A DNA stretch of 64,000 bases from Eledone cirrhosa (GCA_964016885.1 OZ024750.1:19096001-19160000), one strand, 5' to 3'. Numbered from the stretch's first letter, positions 12,522-26,581 are shown. Numbers and translations are program-made. Notes: generated from the letters alone by a model not told the origin.

Positions 12522-13347
12522 TCAAATAATTACCTCATTAAAATTACCTCAAATAATGAGATTTATATAGATATTCAAGATGGTTGACTAACAAGACGTG
12601 CTATTTCTCTTATCTATCATTTTTTGCCGATTTCGTTGTTTCTCTCGCCTGTCGTTCTTCTTTTTTTTTTCCAAACATCCTTTTTTCTCTCTTTTTCTGT
12701 TTTCCGATGATAGACTAGCGTGCGAAACAATAAGAATTTTTCCAGCCCTACCAAGCGTTACACTAATACGCCATGATTGTATTGTATAGTTCTCCTGCGT
12801 TGTTTTTCATGGTTGAATATGTTATTTTCCATCACGTTGAATGGATATTTGTAATATTGAGTTAAATTTTAACGCTAGTTAATGCTACATAATGAAATCC
12901 AAACATCAAAATATTGAAACTTTTCTGAGAAGTAAACACAGAAATATCACAATTCGTTAAAAACTTCTTTATAAAATACAATAAAAACTAAAGAAATAAA
13001 AAATAATCTTGTTCAAGAGAAATAAAGATAGATTACAAATAAAAATTTGAAAAACAAAAATTATTAGATAACGAAAACTTTATTTTACGTTGGCATATGG
13101 AAGTTTTTGTTTTCTAGTCGTATAATATATGAGAAACGACATGAAAAGGAAAAATCTGGCATTGGTTAGTTGAAATATTCCTGAAAATCTGTAGACTTTA
13201 ATAAATATAATCTGACTTGTCTGTCATGATATGACATAAACATAGTCTTCGCACCACCTCTGTTATAGTCGCTTTTCAGCTCTTCAGTCTTTCAACTCTT
13301 TTAAGTGCACTTTCGATAGAGTAGCCGCCATGACAGACATCAATCGA

Positions 13348-13386
<39 letters not shown>

Positions 13387-13415
13387 GCATAGATACACAC
13401 ACACACACACACACA

Positions 13416-13451
<36 letters not shown>

Positions 13452-13792
13452 TATTTACACACACACACACACACACACACATACACATATATTATATATA
13501 TAAATATATAAATATATATATATATATATACACAAACACATATATACACAAACACATACACCTATTTATTTGTAAATATATATTTACAGACACATAAATG
13601 CACACAAACAAACACACACATACACTCACACACACATATATATATATGGTTGTATGCCAATCGTTAGGTGAATAACTATGTGATGATTGAGAAATTGAAT
13701 GTCATCATTGAATAGACCATTAAATGCAATAAATTCGACTACTTATGTATTGTAATATACGTAGATACACACAGATATACGTATATATATAC

Positions 13793-13888
<96 letters not shown>

Positions 13889-13922
13889 TACAGTAATCAA
13901 AGTTCAGTTTAAGTCATTTATT

Positions 13923-13969
13923 TGCTTACAATTGTTTCCTCCAAACCGAGGTTTGGATTCTTCGGAGCA
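13923..13969 (-). ncRNA. Minimal hammerhead, family C (CCGAAGA core variant)
   Basis: TGCT-CCGAAGA-A-TCCAAAC(CTCG)GTTTGGA-G-GAAA-CAATTG-TA^-AGCA-AATAAA; stems perfect, one core substitution. Confidence 0.75.
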
Positions 13970-14303
13970 GTTATTTATAACATACTTGACCTCCTTTTCA
14001 ACCCAAGAGACACATAAAAACATATGCGCATATTGATCAACAGTGGGGTGACATTCATCAAATGAAATAGCATGGCAATTTACATATAAAGGTTACAGGA
14101 TAAAAATAAAGTGTTACATGATAAAAATAAAATAAAATAAAAGCAAGAGTGAAAATAAAGATAAACATGAATCGTTGGCAGTCTATGAAGATAAAGCAAG
14201 AGGAAAGCTTAGAGTAGTCAGTGCACTATTTAGGGTTTGTGTATATATAATATATTACCATCAAAGGTTTTATTGCATACATAACCATAAATAGTACCCT
14301 TAA

Positions 14304-14346
<43 letters not shown>

Positions 14347-14506
14347 AAAGTTCTATTTAAAATTGTTGGGATACAACAAGTAAATATTTTATAACTGATA
14401 TAAAGCACTCGACAAGTTTTTGGAGCTATCCAGACAGCTTCCAAAAAATAATGGTCGCATCTAATAGGGTACGTCAAAATTATTTATAAAACTGTTTATA
14501 TATTGT

Positions 14507-14569
14507 ATTTTGTCTGATGAAGGCATACCATATTTTAATTTGGTATCCCTGAAATATGTATAATGAAAT
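14507..14569 (+). ncRNA. Minimal hammerhead, family D (insert ~14345-14612)
   Basis: ATTTTGT-CTGATGA-AGG[ATACCA..TGGTAT]CCCT-GAAA-TATGTA-TA^-ATGAAAT. Confidence 0.75.
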
Positions 14570-14773
14570 AAATATGGTTTTATAAATATAGTTTCCATTT
14601 ATTTAATATCGTATATATATATATAGATTTTGAGTTTATGTTGGTTGTATACCAACACCTCAGTATGCAGGCTGGAGCACTCGACGAAGTGCGCAGGTTG
14701 GTTTGGTTACTCCGGAGTAGTGTAAATTAAAGTTAAATAAAAGTCAAATGATTAAAATTTAGTTTTGTTTATT

Positions 14774-14828
14774 ACTGCTATATATATTTCAGTGACAGCC
14801 ATCTTTGGCTGTGACCTCTTCAGGCAGT
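14774..14828 (-). ncRNA. Minimal hammerhead, family E (insert ~14625-14942)
   Basis: ACTGC-CTGAAGA-G-GT.ACAGCCA(AAGA)TGGCTGT.AC-T-GAAA-TATATA-TA^-GCAGT-AATAAA. Confidence 0.85.
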
Positions 14829-14950
14829 TTGAATTAGTATAGTATAGACAAGTACATATGTTGTTTAGGTGTATAATATTGTCAATACTCTGATATGCCC
14901 AGTTACTTGTTGGGTTGTTAATTCACTGAGGAACTGGAGTCATATATAAA

Positions 14951-14982
<32 letters not shown>

Positions 14983-14995
14983 TACGTATATATAC

Positions 14996-15069
<74 letters not shown>

Positions 15070-15073
<4 letters not shown>

Positions 15074-15490
15074 ATATTAAATAATGGAAACTATATTTAT
15101 AAAACCATATTTATTCTATTATATATATTTCAATGGGTACCAAAACTTTTGGTACGCTATCATCAGATAAAATACAAAATGTTTTATAAATATTTGACAT
15201 GACCAAGGATAATATACCTTAACGGTTCAAGTTATCCCTGGAAAAGGATTTTACAGGGATAATTTGAACCGTTAAGGTATATTATCCCTTGGCTATGTCA
15301 AATATTTATAAAACATTTTGTATTTTATCTGATGATAGCGTACCAAAATTTTTGGTAGGCTTGAAATATATATAATAGAATAAATATGATTTTATAAATA
15401 TAGTTTCCATTTATTTAATATCATTGAATACTTACTCCAGAAATCTGTCGAGTGCTGGATTTCCAACAAATTAAATATCTCTTCTACATA
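15070..15490. mobile_element. Family D fold-back: ~170-bp inverted arms plus one-sided tail, with a hammerhead in each arm
   Basis: 15070-15240 vs 15254-15425 are near-perfect reverse complements; hammerheads at 15112-15174(-) and 15321-15382(+): TATTTTAT-CTGATGA...GAAA-TATATA-TA^-ATAGAATA. Confidence 0.85.
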
Positions 15491-15567
15491 TACAGTATAT
15501 ATATATAAGCAAGTATTGCACCAAGAAAAATAGAAACATCGGTGTGAAGGAGATTAGGAATTTATTT

Positions 15568-15678
15568 GTATTAACATATGTTTCAGTTTCTATTTTAATC
15601 GTCTACATATGCTAACTACAATATATACTGTTCAATCATATGTAATACTTAATTATTTATCACACTTCATCAGAAAGC
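15568..15678 (-). ncRNA. Hammerhead-like motif with ~80-nt stem II, family F
   Basis: CTGATGA-AGT...TACATATG...CATATGTA...ACT-GAAA-CATATG-TT^; stem I is weak. Confidence 0.55.
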
Positions 15679-15752
15679 CGATTCAAAGGATTCCGTCAAA
15701 CTCTCGAGTAAGCAGCTTTCTTGTTTAAGCATTCATTCAAGCCTTATCTATC

Positions 15753-15815
<63 letters not shown>

Positions 15816-15836
15816 GTATATATATATATATATATA

Positions 15837-16040
15837 TACGAGGGTCGACCGAAAAGTTTATAGGCTGACCAAGATAATCTCATGGAATGACTAAAAGAGG
15901 TTTATTTTTCACCATAGTCCCTTGAAAGAAACAATGCAGTTATTAATAAGAAGAGTTGAAATTAATGTATGCAAGACATCACACCACTAGCATTACCCCT
16001 TCATAGTCACCCTATGAGTTATTCTACCTACCCTCGTGTA
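15837..16040. mobile_element. Mariner-type MITE
   Basis: TA-CGAGGG...CCCTCG ends in a TA tract; second copy at ~28090-28430 interrupted by a SINE (28198-28382). Confidence 0.6.
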
Positions 16041-16084
16041 TACATTTGTATATATATATATATATGAAGGAATTGGTATATATA

Positions 16085-16482
16085 TAAACGGAAAAAATGA
16101 AACGAAATTTCATTTCCCACTCTTAGTACGGCTGTTACTTAAATATAAGTATGTACACGTACATACATATATGTATACAGACGTACAGTAGTATGTATAT
16201 ATATATACATACACGTATATACGTGTATATATATATACATACACGCACACATATATATATGTACGTATGGATTCACCGAACATTTATTATAATGCTCGGT
16301 GTGTTTGGAAACAAACATCTCGTATTAAGCCGTACAGTGTCTAGCAACCATCGTTGCTCGTTTGTTCAACACTGACAAAGGAACGCTGTACCAGTTTCAA
16401 GCTTATTAGCTATCGTCAGCAACGTATACCTTCCTGCCAGATTGTTGAACATATATACTTACCTTATGCATATTAACGGCTG
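16085..16482 (-). mobile_element. Family A element with hammerhead at 16383-16425
   Basis: Colinear with 4191-4512 reversed; flanked by TA repeats. Confidence 0.85.
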
Positions 16483-16940
16483 GTATATATATATATATAT
16501 ATATATACGTGTATTTCTCTTCCAGAGAAATATAGAAAGTGGGAGAGAGGAAATAAGAAAGAGATATAGAGGAAGAATCGACCCTAGTACTAAACAGGTA
16601 CTTTTTCTATCGACCTCGAAAGGATGAAAGGCAAAGTTGATCTCGGTGGGATTTGAACATAGAGCGAAGGGCAGTAACAACAATCGCTCAGGATTTTGTC
16701 CGACTCTCTAACCACTCTACCAACGCATCGCCTTGTTAGCTATTAATATTTCTAAACGACGATAGCAAAGCAATACCTTTAAACAGCGGCCTTGTTACGT
16801 CCTTCCAACAACATGGCTACTTCATCTCCTTACTTCATCTCCTTAACAATTAAACCGCGAACTTTCAATCCACACTACATCACATAACTACTTCTAAATG
16901 ACGATAGCAAAGTAATATCGGAACCTTTAAACAGTCCGTC

Positions 16941-16988
<48 letters not shown>

Positions 16989-17530
16989 CTCTCTCGCTCT
17001 CTCCCTCTCTCTCAGTCTCTCTCTCTCTCTCTGTCCGTTCTTTCACCAACATCTGCTACCTCTCTCCATGTCCGCCAAACATCTCGCTCTTTCTCGTTCT
17101 TTTTCGTTCTTTCTATTTTACTTTCTCATTGTGACGTTGTCAACTTCATAAGCAAATAATTTGTCTGTTGACAGAGAGCCAAACGTGCCGGATGAAAGGT
17201 GTAATTTATCCCTAACTGTGTGAACATTACGGACCAACAACAAGTTTAACGTTTGTGCCAAGCTACTCCGGAATCCGCCACTGATTATGATGGTTGCAGT
17301 TATTAAATCAACTTTAATTACTTTGATCTGGCAGATAGCTGCAGAATGTGTGAACAGAAGGACGGTGAGAGAGAGAGAGAGAGAGAGATGGAGGGAGAGA
17401 GAAAGAGAGAGAGAAGGAGGGAGAGAGAGAAAGAGTGAGAGAGTTAATATGTGAAACGGAGAGTAATAAAGAAATGTAGAGAAAGTGAGAAAGACAGAAA
17501 AGGAAAGAGAAACATACAGTGAGACGGATA

Positions 17531-17563
<33 letters not shown>

Positions 17564-17671
17564 TGAGAGAGAGAGAGAGAGAGAGAGTAAATATGTGGAA
17601 GGCAGGGTTGAGAGTAATAAAGAAATGTAGAGAAAGTGAAAAAGACAGAAAAGGAAAGGAATATAGTGACG

Positions 17672-17708
<37 letters not shown>

Positions 17709-17774
17709 GGGGAGAGAGTGAAATAGATAGGGAGTGATAACGAGGCAGAAAGAGAGAGAAGCATGGAGAGGGGA

Positions 17775-17855
<81 letters not shown>

Positions 17856-17934
17856 AAAGAGCTTAAATCAAAAGAAAGAGTATGCGAGAAAGCGGTGATG
17901 TACAAGGAAAAAGGTTGGGAGAAAGAGCCGAGGG

Positions 17935-17972
<38 letters not shown>

Positions 17973-17975
17973 TAT

Positions 17976-18058
17976 TTCTTTATTAGCCACAGGGGCACAA
18001 AAGAAGGGGACAAATACAAAGGGGGAAGTTTACATACAATAAAAACGTGTAAAATGTT
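17976..18058 (-). mobile_element. Tx1/L1-type LINE 3' stub in (GATA)n
   Basis: Reverse complement of the 9080-9143 tail. Confidence 0.8.
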
Positions 18059-18264
18059 ATAGATAGATAGATAGATAGATAGAGAGAGCCGAAGGTAGAG
18101 AGATAAAGTAGGAGAAGAGGAAGTCTTCCAGTAATAGATATAAGCTAAGACAGCCAATCAAATCAAGCACGGCCGTACATTGTATTTATCCACCTCCTTC
18201 CACATCTTTTCATTCAGGAACGTGGTTGATAATAACTTTCTCTAATTTACTTGTATTTTCATTG

Positions 18265-18295
<31 letters not shown>

Positions 18296-18391
18296 ACTCT
18301 CTCTATATATCTATCTATCTATCTAACTCTCTCTATATATCTATCTATCTATCTATCTAACTCTCTCTCTATCTATCTATCTAACTCTCTC

Positions 18392-18440
<49 letters not shown>

Positions 18441-18521
18441 ATCTATCTATCTATCGAACTATCTACCATCGGCTTGTGAGTCTATATACTTCTCTCGCTT
18501 TTTCATTTACCCTCTCTCCCC

Positions 18522-18600
<79 letters not shown>

Positions 18601-18605
<5 letters not shown>

Positions 18606-18786
18606 AGTTATTCCGGGTTGAATCGGAGATAACCACAGTAAGTAAGGTACTCAATACATAGCAGAGTATAAAAGTTTTAATATAGATGAGATTCTACAGG
18701 ACTAGAACTGTTTCATTCTTTAGGGATTCCTGATGATTTCTAAAGAATGAAACAGTTCTAGTCCTGTAGAATCTCATCTATATTAA

Positions 18787-18790
<4 letters not shown>
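18601..18790. mobile_element. Fold-back insert, family G: ~51-bp perfect arms, hammerhead core at the centre, one-sided tail
   Basis: Arms 18673-18723 / 18740-18790; CTGATGA-T-TTC(TAAA)GAA-T-GAAAC-A-GTT at 18730-18757; (TA)n on both sides. Confidence 0.75.
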
Positions 18791-18853
<63 letters not shown>

Positions 18854-18916
18854 CGAGGAAGTGTTGAAAGTGTTAGGAAATGAGTTAAGCTGAGAAATTT
18901 AGAGAACCCTCTCATG

Positions 18917-18976
<60 letters not shown>

Positions 18977-19164
18977 CATGAGAGGGTTCTCTAAATATAT
19001 ATATATAATAAACAACTATCTGGTTGTGGAACCAACCAACCAACCAGAAATTTATAAATTTATAAATTTATTATAAATTTATTATAATAAATTGAAGTGA
19101 AAGCAACTGGTGCGTGTGTTTCTTATTGGCAACATGACCCTCCCAAAGTATAACAATATATATA

Positions 19165-19263
19165 TAGTAATAATAATAAATGTGAAGACTAAAATCCGAA
19201 GAGTTTCCGAAAATCCCGTTAAGGGTGAAAGCAACGATTCTTTGCTTAAACTGTAATCTGTTA

Positions 19264-19271
<8 letters not shown>
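19165..19271. mobile_element. Family L insert (inverted tail stub + direct terminal segment)
   Basis: Matches 35685-35905 and 40005-40138; retains CCC(GTTAA)GGG-T-GAAA. Confidence 0.7.
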
Positions 19272-19314
<43 letters not shown>

Positions 19315-22300
19315 TTCTTTTCTTCTTATGTTATTTTCTATCATATTACTTATCGCATCTGACCAAATACATAAAGTTGGAGCCCTTTCCTAGTTAAAAA
19401 GCCGTTAGTTTATCCCTCACCTCCAGCACTACGCTATGTTTGAGACCATAGCACTTAAACGTAACTTGTCAAGTTCATACACATATTCCAGTCAATTTCA
19501 TTTTTATTTTATTCATTATCATCTTTGATAAGTCAGCGTCCGACCATAGCCCCGGCCTCCGATAGGTTGAAGAGCGCAAGTCGACAATATACTAGTTGCT
19601 TCGCGTTAGTTTTCTCATCGAACCTATAGCAGTGGAAGGCTTAGGTGTGGAAGCTTCAGGGTCCCTATAACACTCTCTACTTTGATTAGGATAGAAATGA
19701 CCATACTTAAGATCGAAACCCATATGTTAGACTGGATTTTACAATGAATTTCCCTCATCGCCTTGCGGGGTAACTCATTCACCATTCTGTCCACCGGGAC
19801 AATGAGACAAAACTATAAAATTGTATTATGCGATGGGAGGTTAAAAAGAATAATTCTGGCTGGCGTTTTGTCCATGTGTCCATGTGTCCATGTGTGCAAT
19901 ACACATTTTTAAATACTTTTAGTCCATTGTTAGAAGAGAGAAGAGAGCAGAAAGAGCCCATTGTTGGTTATGGAGCAGGAAAGAGGAGGGAGTTTGAAAA
20001 CTAGGAGGCGAAGGAGGGCAAATATTTTGTCACCATTGCTGACTCCCCAATGGTGTGTAGGGTGTCACGGTTGATGTTCGAAACACCGAATAAACCTTGA
20101 ACACCGTCTGATCAACTCCTCCTGGCCAAGGTTATATTCACAGAGGGGGAACGAAAGTGAGGTATCTTCATTAAGATGGAAATATTCTTAGTTGTAAAAT
20201 GTTATACTGGCTTTTCGTGTTCCTATGAATACCCCCAGTTGTTATCAGTAGTTCCCATTCATTATCAATCCTGTCTTTGATGGATATGTCTAATGATTAA
20301 TTAAGTGGAATTAAGCAATTAAATCTGTTCATACCATCGTCATGAGATAAGAGCAACGATGTAGAAAACTCTTGCTAATCTGGCAAGATATCAGTCTGGT
20401 GATGATGGCTGCTGGTACGTAATAAATGTTAACGTCGAACTGACTTTGACTTTTATGAAGTAGCTGCCAGGCAGAAGCTAAATCAAATACGCAGACTTAA
20501 TAAACGGTGTTAATATTAGTACTTCTATCTGGCCCAGCATTAAGACCAGGTCTCCAGTTTGAGGATGTCTCCCTTCTCAACTGATCTGAAGTTTCTGAAC
20601 AGGGTCATGAGCACTGAATTCCCTGATTAAGCAATGAAAAAAGAAAAATGATCTAATTCCATTGAAAAGCATGAGCGAGAGAACTTGAGATATTAATCTT
20701 GTACTAAATACTGGTGCTTCTTCCTCTTGTTTTCTTCATAAGACCAGCTTTGTAAGTTAAAGTATTGTATAGTTGATTAAATACAACACTGGATATTAAA
20801 AGATACATCCATCACTCGCAATCAAGGATGATTTGATAGCACGGGCTATTTTTCCTTTAATAGCTTTAGCTAGTCATGTTATCGCTCGTATAAAGACACT
20901 CTTTCGATCCTCTCAACTTTGATCCAGCGGGACATCAGATTTCTGACAGCTTGAGGAAGATATGGCTGCATCAGAACTGAAATAGTATCAACCTCCAAAG
21001 AATTACTGCTATTTATTGTAGTGAATGTATGGCGGAATAATTGATTAAAATGGTGAACCGATAACAAAATCACTAGAACGATAGTCAAAGTAATATGTAA
21101 TATTAAACGTAAAATTTAACGTTCAAATCACAGTTGTCAATATTTTCGTTGATTCTGTAATATATTAAATACCAGTAATACTCTTTGGATAAAAAAAAGG
21201 ACAAGTTCATTCCTTAGATATCATTGTAGCCCAAAACAGATATGTGCTAAATGCAAGGAATATAAGTAAAAAGGTGTAAACCGCCTTATCCGATCAACGT
21301 ATAGTGAATTAATGTATGTTGAACCTCCGTTGGTTCTGACTATGACTGTTCGAGTTATTTGACCAATGAAATAGCCTACTCAGGAAATTAACGTAAGTTG
21401 CTGAACAGCCCATAGGTACATGTACTCTTAATGTAATTCTAAGATAGATTCAGCATGATATAGTGTATGAGAAGACTGGCATTTGGAATCACAGGGGTAA
21501 CTTTTATTCAAATGTGTGGAATAGAGCAATGTGAAATAAAGTGTTTTGTTCAAGGACAGAATGCACTGCTAGGAATCAAATTCACAACTTTACACTCGTG
21601 AACCGAACGCCCTAAGTACTAAACAATGTGCATTCACAGACATAGTGTACCTCTAACATAATTCTCAGGGAGATTTAGCATGACATTGTGTGACAAGACA
21701 TGTCCATCCTTTGAAATGCAGAGGCAGTATATCCAATGCGCGTCCATCCAGTTTCCGTCTATCTAATTACACCAATAAGGCTTGAGTCGACCGGATGCTA
21801 TGTAAATGACATGCAGTAGAATCAAACCCAAGAACTTATGATTGCAAAGCGAACTTCCTAATCATTTGGCTAAACTACCCGAAGGAGTTAATAACACGGA
21901 TGCATACAGTAGCAGTCTGCTTTCTACGGTTTGTGTATCAACTGAAAATATTTTAATAAATGAAAAGTTCTAATCCCCAAAGGAATTTTAAAGGACAATG
22001 CTTAACGTGTAGCAGATGAGAGATATATCTCTCCAAGCTAGCACGTCAGTTTTAACACGTAACATCGTTACATGACGGAAAACAAAACGGGAGCAGTAAG
22101 CCAGGCTGGTTTCTTCTTTATAAATTTTAATTTAATTTAATCTAATACCTAAGGACTAGTTTTAATCAATTGGAATATCGAAATAAATCAATATAAGTAG
22201 ATAAAATATTGTTGGCAGAAATATATGAATAGTTTAAACCTATCTTATGAAATATGTTTTTATTTATTTCATAAATTAAGATGGCGGATTAATGTGAAGG

Positions 22301-22689
22301 ATTTAAAAATCCTTTTAGGAAAATTGTATGCATTATAATATAATAGATAGAAAATGAATATATTACATATATAGAAATTCTGTGTATTGTAAATATAGAA
22401 ATTGTAATATATTGTATATAAAGAAATTCTATATATTGTAAATATAGACATTGTATATGTTGTAAATCTAGAAAATGTAAAGTATTGTAATATAGAAATT
22501 GTAATGTTTATATATTGTATTGGTTGCAGATATATTAGGATTCCAAAAGACAAGATTATTCCAGTAATAAGTCATCTAAAATTATACTTGACATAAATGT
22601 ACGCACACACACACACACACACACGCATATATATATGCTACACACATACATACACACACTTACGTACATATATACATGTCATTTACTCA

Positions 22690-22970
22690 CTCGAAGAAAA
22701 TGTAGTAAAAAGAGGAGGATGTATACGGACAATCAATGAGGAGGTTGCGGGTGCAGTACCCAAGAACACTTTTAGTTTCATTCCTATCATTATTCGAGCT
22801 ACAGGCCATATGCTAATCAGCAATGACCAAAATATGACTGAACTTGGATTTGTGAAGAAAAAACGCAAATCCTCAATTCATAAGCTACAAATGGCCACGC
22901 TATATGGGGCCTCCAAAATCTGTAAAACATTGTTGCGATTCAAAGGATAAAAACCTGTACAAGGGATGAC
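22690..22970 (+). pseudogene. Decayed RLE (R4/NeSL-like) retrotransposon C-terminus
   Basis: EEDVYGQSMRRLRVQYP (frameshift) FSFIPIIIRATG...LGF...IHKLQMATLYGASKICKTLLRF. Confidence 0.6.
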
Positions 22971-24084
22971 GAAAATTTCCTTTTCTTTACAACCTTCTGT
23001 TCCTCTGCGGCAGTTCAAATTGACAGAGAGAAAAGGAAGTCTCAATGTCAACCGGCAGAAAAAGTAAACGGTTGGTCAATGTTTGGTATGTATTTAGTCA
23101 TTTTCTGCTCGTTTGCATTGAGGGCAGCGGCGCTCTGATTTGATGCTGGATTGATGAGGTTGACACAGGTAGAAAGTGTCTCAGAATATAGCCTCTTAGA
23201 TAAGTGACTTGAACGTAAATTGAACGAACATTTCTGTCGTTGATTGTGACGCATACTTCTCGTGTCTTTCTTACGCCAGTGTTGAGTGAAACAACTTGTA
23301 AGCTTTACGTCTACTTTTAAAGGTTACTTGTTATGCCGAGGAGCATGATTAGAAATAATTCACAATTTCATATTTCCATTAGCAGCATAATCTCAACATC
23401 TCGCCACACCAACACAAGATATTTCCCCCTGTTAATGAAATATCCGCCTGTCAAATGTTGTTTGCAAATCCGTGATTCTACCTGCTATGAATGCTAAAGC
23501 TTTTACCAAAGTGATTCTGTCATATTTGTTTAGTTTCGGAATATCTGCCTAATTCCTTGTCGTTTATTGTACGTTGTTATTTTTTTGTTCGGTTTCCTCT
23601 TTGATTGGTTGGTTACATACTAACTATTATCAATAATAATAATAATAATAATAATGATAATAATAATAATAATGGTAATAATAATTATTATTATCATTAT
23701 TGGGGAATTTTGTTATTAATTTATTATTACATTGTTATCTGTTTTTCTCTGTTTATTCATTTTATGCAAATTTCCATTGTTCTTGTTAATTTGTATTGTC
23801 ATTAATGTTTTCGGCCCCAGTGGCTAATAAAGAAACCATTATTATTATTATTATGGGCGGTGAATTGAGAGTATCGGTAGAGGGTCGGACGCCATGCTTT
23901 GACGCATAGAGTTACAGCCCTTGCCATTCTGAGTTCTAATCCCGCCGAGGTTAACTTTGCCTTTCATCCTTACGGGGTCGATAACATAAAGTACCAGTAA
24001 TACACTGGGTAATTGCTGGCCTTGTGTCAAAAGTAGAAACAATTAGTATTATTATTATTATTATTACTATTATTATTATTATTG

Positions 24085-24378
24085 TTCTTTGAGTCTCAGT
24101 CATTGATGTTAGTTAACTGGAAAGTTTGTTGAAATGAATATCAAGCCGCTACCTGCAGCCTCAGATATTCAGGATGTATCGGAGGGTTCTTGCTGTACCC
24201 AGCAAGCATGCCTTTTGAAGTGTTCCAAAAAGCGGGGTGGGGTCAATTTTCTTTAACCATACCTGGAAACTTTTTGAGATAGTACCTAGTGCGCCTATGA
24301 CAATCGGGACCACTTTGACTTCATGGCAGTTCCAAATCCTTTTTTACCTCCCACGTTAAGTCCTGGTATCGGTTAATT
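24085..24378 (-). mobile_element. R4/Dong-clade LINE 3' end inside a (TAA)n tract
   Basis: Manual translation RYQDLTWEV..RIWNCHEVKVVPIVIGALGTISK...LQKACLLGTARTLRYILNI*; Dong-type elements are known to target TAA repeats. Confidence 0.85.
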
Positions 24379-24739
24379 TATTATTATTATTATTACTATT
24401 ATTATTATTATTATTATTATTATTATCCTGTGCCGTCTGTAATGTTTTTCTTGATGTCAGCCCTTGTGGCCAATAAAGAAATCATTATTATTATTATTAT
24501 TATTATTACTACTATCATCACCATCATCATTATTATTTGTGTTAGTATTGCTGATGCTGCTGTTGTTATTATTAATATGTTGATGCTTTAATGATTTTGC
24601 TTTAATTGAGGAAGCATAAAGCATACGAGTATTCTTTCTCGACTACGGAAATGGGCCTCCATCGATTTTCATGATTATTGTTCTAGTTGTTTAAACAACG
24701 TAAAGGTCTGTTCAAGAAATTAGGCTACTAGTGACAGAG

Positions 24740-25276
24740 CATTCTACATACGTTTCTAGTCTTAAAATGATTCTCAGAGATATTCTGCACGATACAGCAT
24801 GTGACAAGAATGGCTCTATGAATTACAGACACAATCCTTCTTGTATCAAAATAAAGTGGTTGAGTACTCCACATAAACTTAAACAAATTTGCAGGGAGAC
24901 TCAGTGTGACACGGTGTGTGACAAATCTTGGTCTTTGAATTATAGGTACAGTCCAGTTGGCAGAGTATTCTACAGACAAGTGTACACTAAACATAATTCT
25001 CAGGGAGATTCAGCATCAAACAGTTCGTGGCAAAGCTGGACTATTGAATTATAGGTACAGTCCAGTTGGCAAAGTATTCTACAGACAAGTGTACACTAAA
25101 CATAATTCTCAGGGAGATTCAGCATGAAACAGTTCGTGGCAAAGCTGGACTATTGAATTATAGGTACAGTCCAGTTGGCAGAGTATTCTACAGACAAGTG
25201 TACACTAAAGATAATTCTCAGGGAGATTCAGCATGAACAGTTCGTAACAAAGCTGGACTATTGAATTATAGGTACG
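24740..25276. repeat. ~109-bp tandem repeat derived from an internal SINE family 2 segment
   Basis: TTGAATTATAGGTAC at 24935, 25044, 25153, 25261; unit resembles 21400-21500 and the reverse complement of 28790-28900. Confidence 0.85.
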
Positions 25277-25394
25277 ACTGAAAAGTTAGGGTAAAAACAT
25301 CAGAAAGATTTCACTTAGGTGACTTAGGCGAAAGAAAGCTTCGCGGGCCGCAGGTTGCCCATAACTGTTCTAAACCATTCGGTCATGCTGCATC

Positions 25395-25435
<41 letters not shown>

Positions 25436-25984
25436 CAACGAAAACAAGAAAAAAAGGGGTTACGGCCAGATGCTCTTCGTGGTGCCGGAGCCCTTCCTAG
25501 ATTTTATTTACGATACGCAGGGATACGATGAACCAATTCTAAACAGAATACACACCACAACTTCTTTCTACTTGACAGAACCATAAAAAAAGATCAAGCT
25601 GTCACACAGAGGGTATTTTATTGGCTTAGGTGTGGAGTGAAGAGATTTATTTGTTAGTTGCCATACTTAAAACGCGGAAAATTAATAGAGTGTGACTGAC
25701 GATATTTGCCATTTTCAAAGAAATTAACCATACACTTGATATACAACTAGGAACCGAAAGCGGATCGAAGTGTTAGCTCTTCTACTTTTTGTTTTATGTT
25801 ATTCTACGCCACCACTAACAGACATTAAATAACTGACAGGTAATTCCGGTGTCTATAGTTTTCTGGTTTCTTTCAGATTTAGGTTTTGTCAAAGACGAGA
25901 TGACTCAGCGTTTTATCTTTCTCTTTTTGCTTTTGTGATGCGCTGACATTGATCGAATAATAAACATGATTCACTCAACCTCTA

Positions 25985-26027
<43 letters not shown>

Positions 26028-26186
26028 ATGGTGTATGTGTATGGTTGGGTATATAGATATATACTTTTATACACACACACACATATATATATGTGTGTAT
26101 ATATCTATATATCTATATACCCACATTTATACATACATACGGCAAGGTATCTCTCTCACTGTCTCGCTCTCTCTTTCTCTATCTTC

Positions 26187-26227
<41 letters not shown>

Positions 26228-26315
26228 TATATGTGTATAAATATATATTTATATGTATATATTTATACACACACACGTAGACATATAGAAAAAAAAAGTA
26301 CAGAGATACATCACA

Positions 26316-26413
<98 letters not shown>

Positions 26414-26581
26414 CCTTACCAAATACCAAGACAAACGTTTGATCGTGTCATATGTCTACGTCAGATAAGATCTTAGTGGGCAGATTGGTTCAGCAACAAA
26501 ACCGCCGCCATTGTTTGGCTATAAAACAACTGTATATGCCTCTCACCGATAAATAGCCTTCATCGATTACACGTATACATG

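Noticed and set aside
20560-21090. Weak resemblance to a tyrosine-recombinase fragment (..LMSRWIK)
   Set aside because: Too few motif residues to support by eye; needs BLASTx.
23048-23254. 68-aa ORF in unique sequence
   Set aside because: No recognisable homology or exon signals.
24935-25276. Regularly spaced repeats as a possible CRISPR array
   Set aside because: No unique spacers, SINE-derived unit, eukaryotic context.
25689-25736. CTGACGA...GAAA with AGTGTG/TACACT flanks
   Set aside because: Lacks the U of the NUH triplet, has a mismatch closing stem I, no TA context and no second copy.
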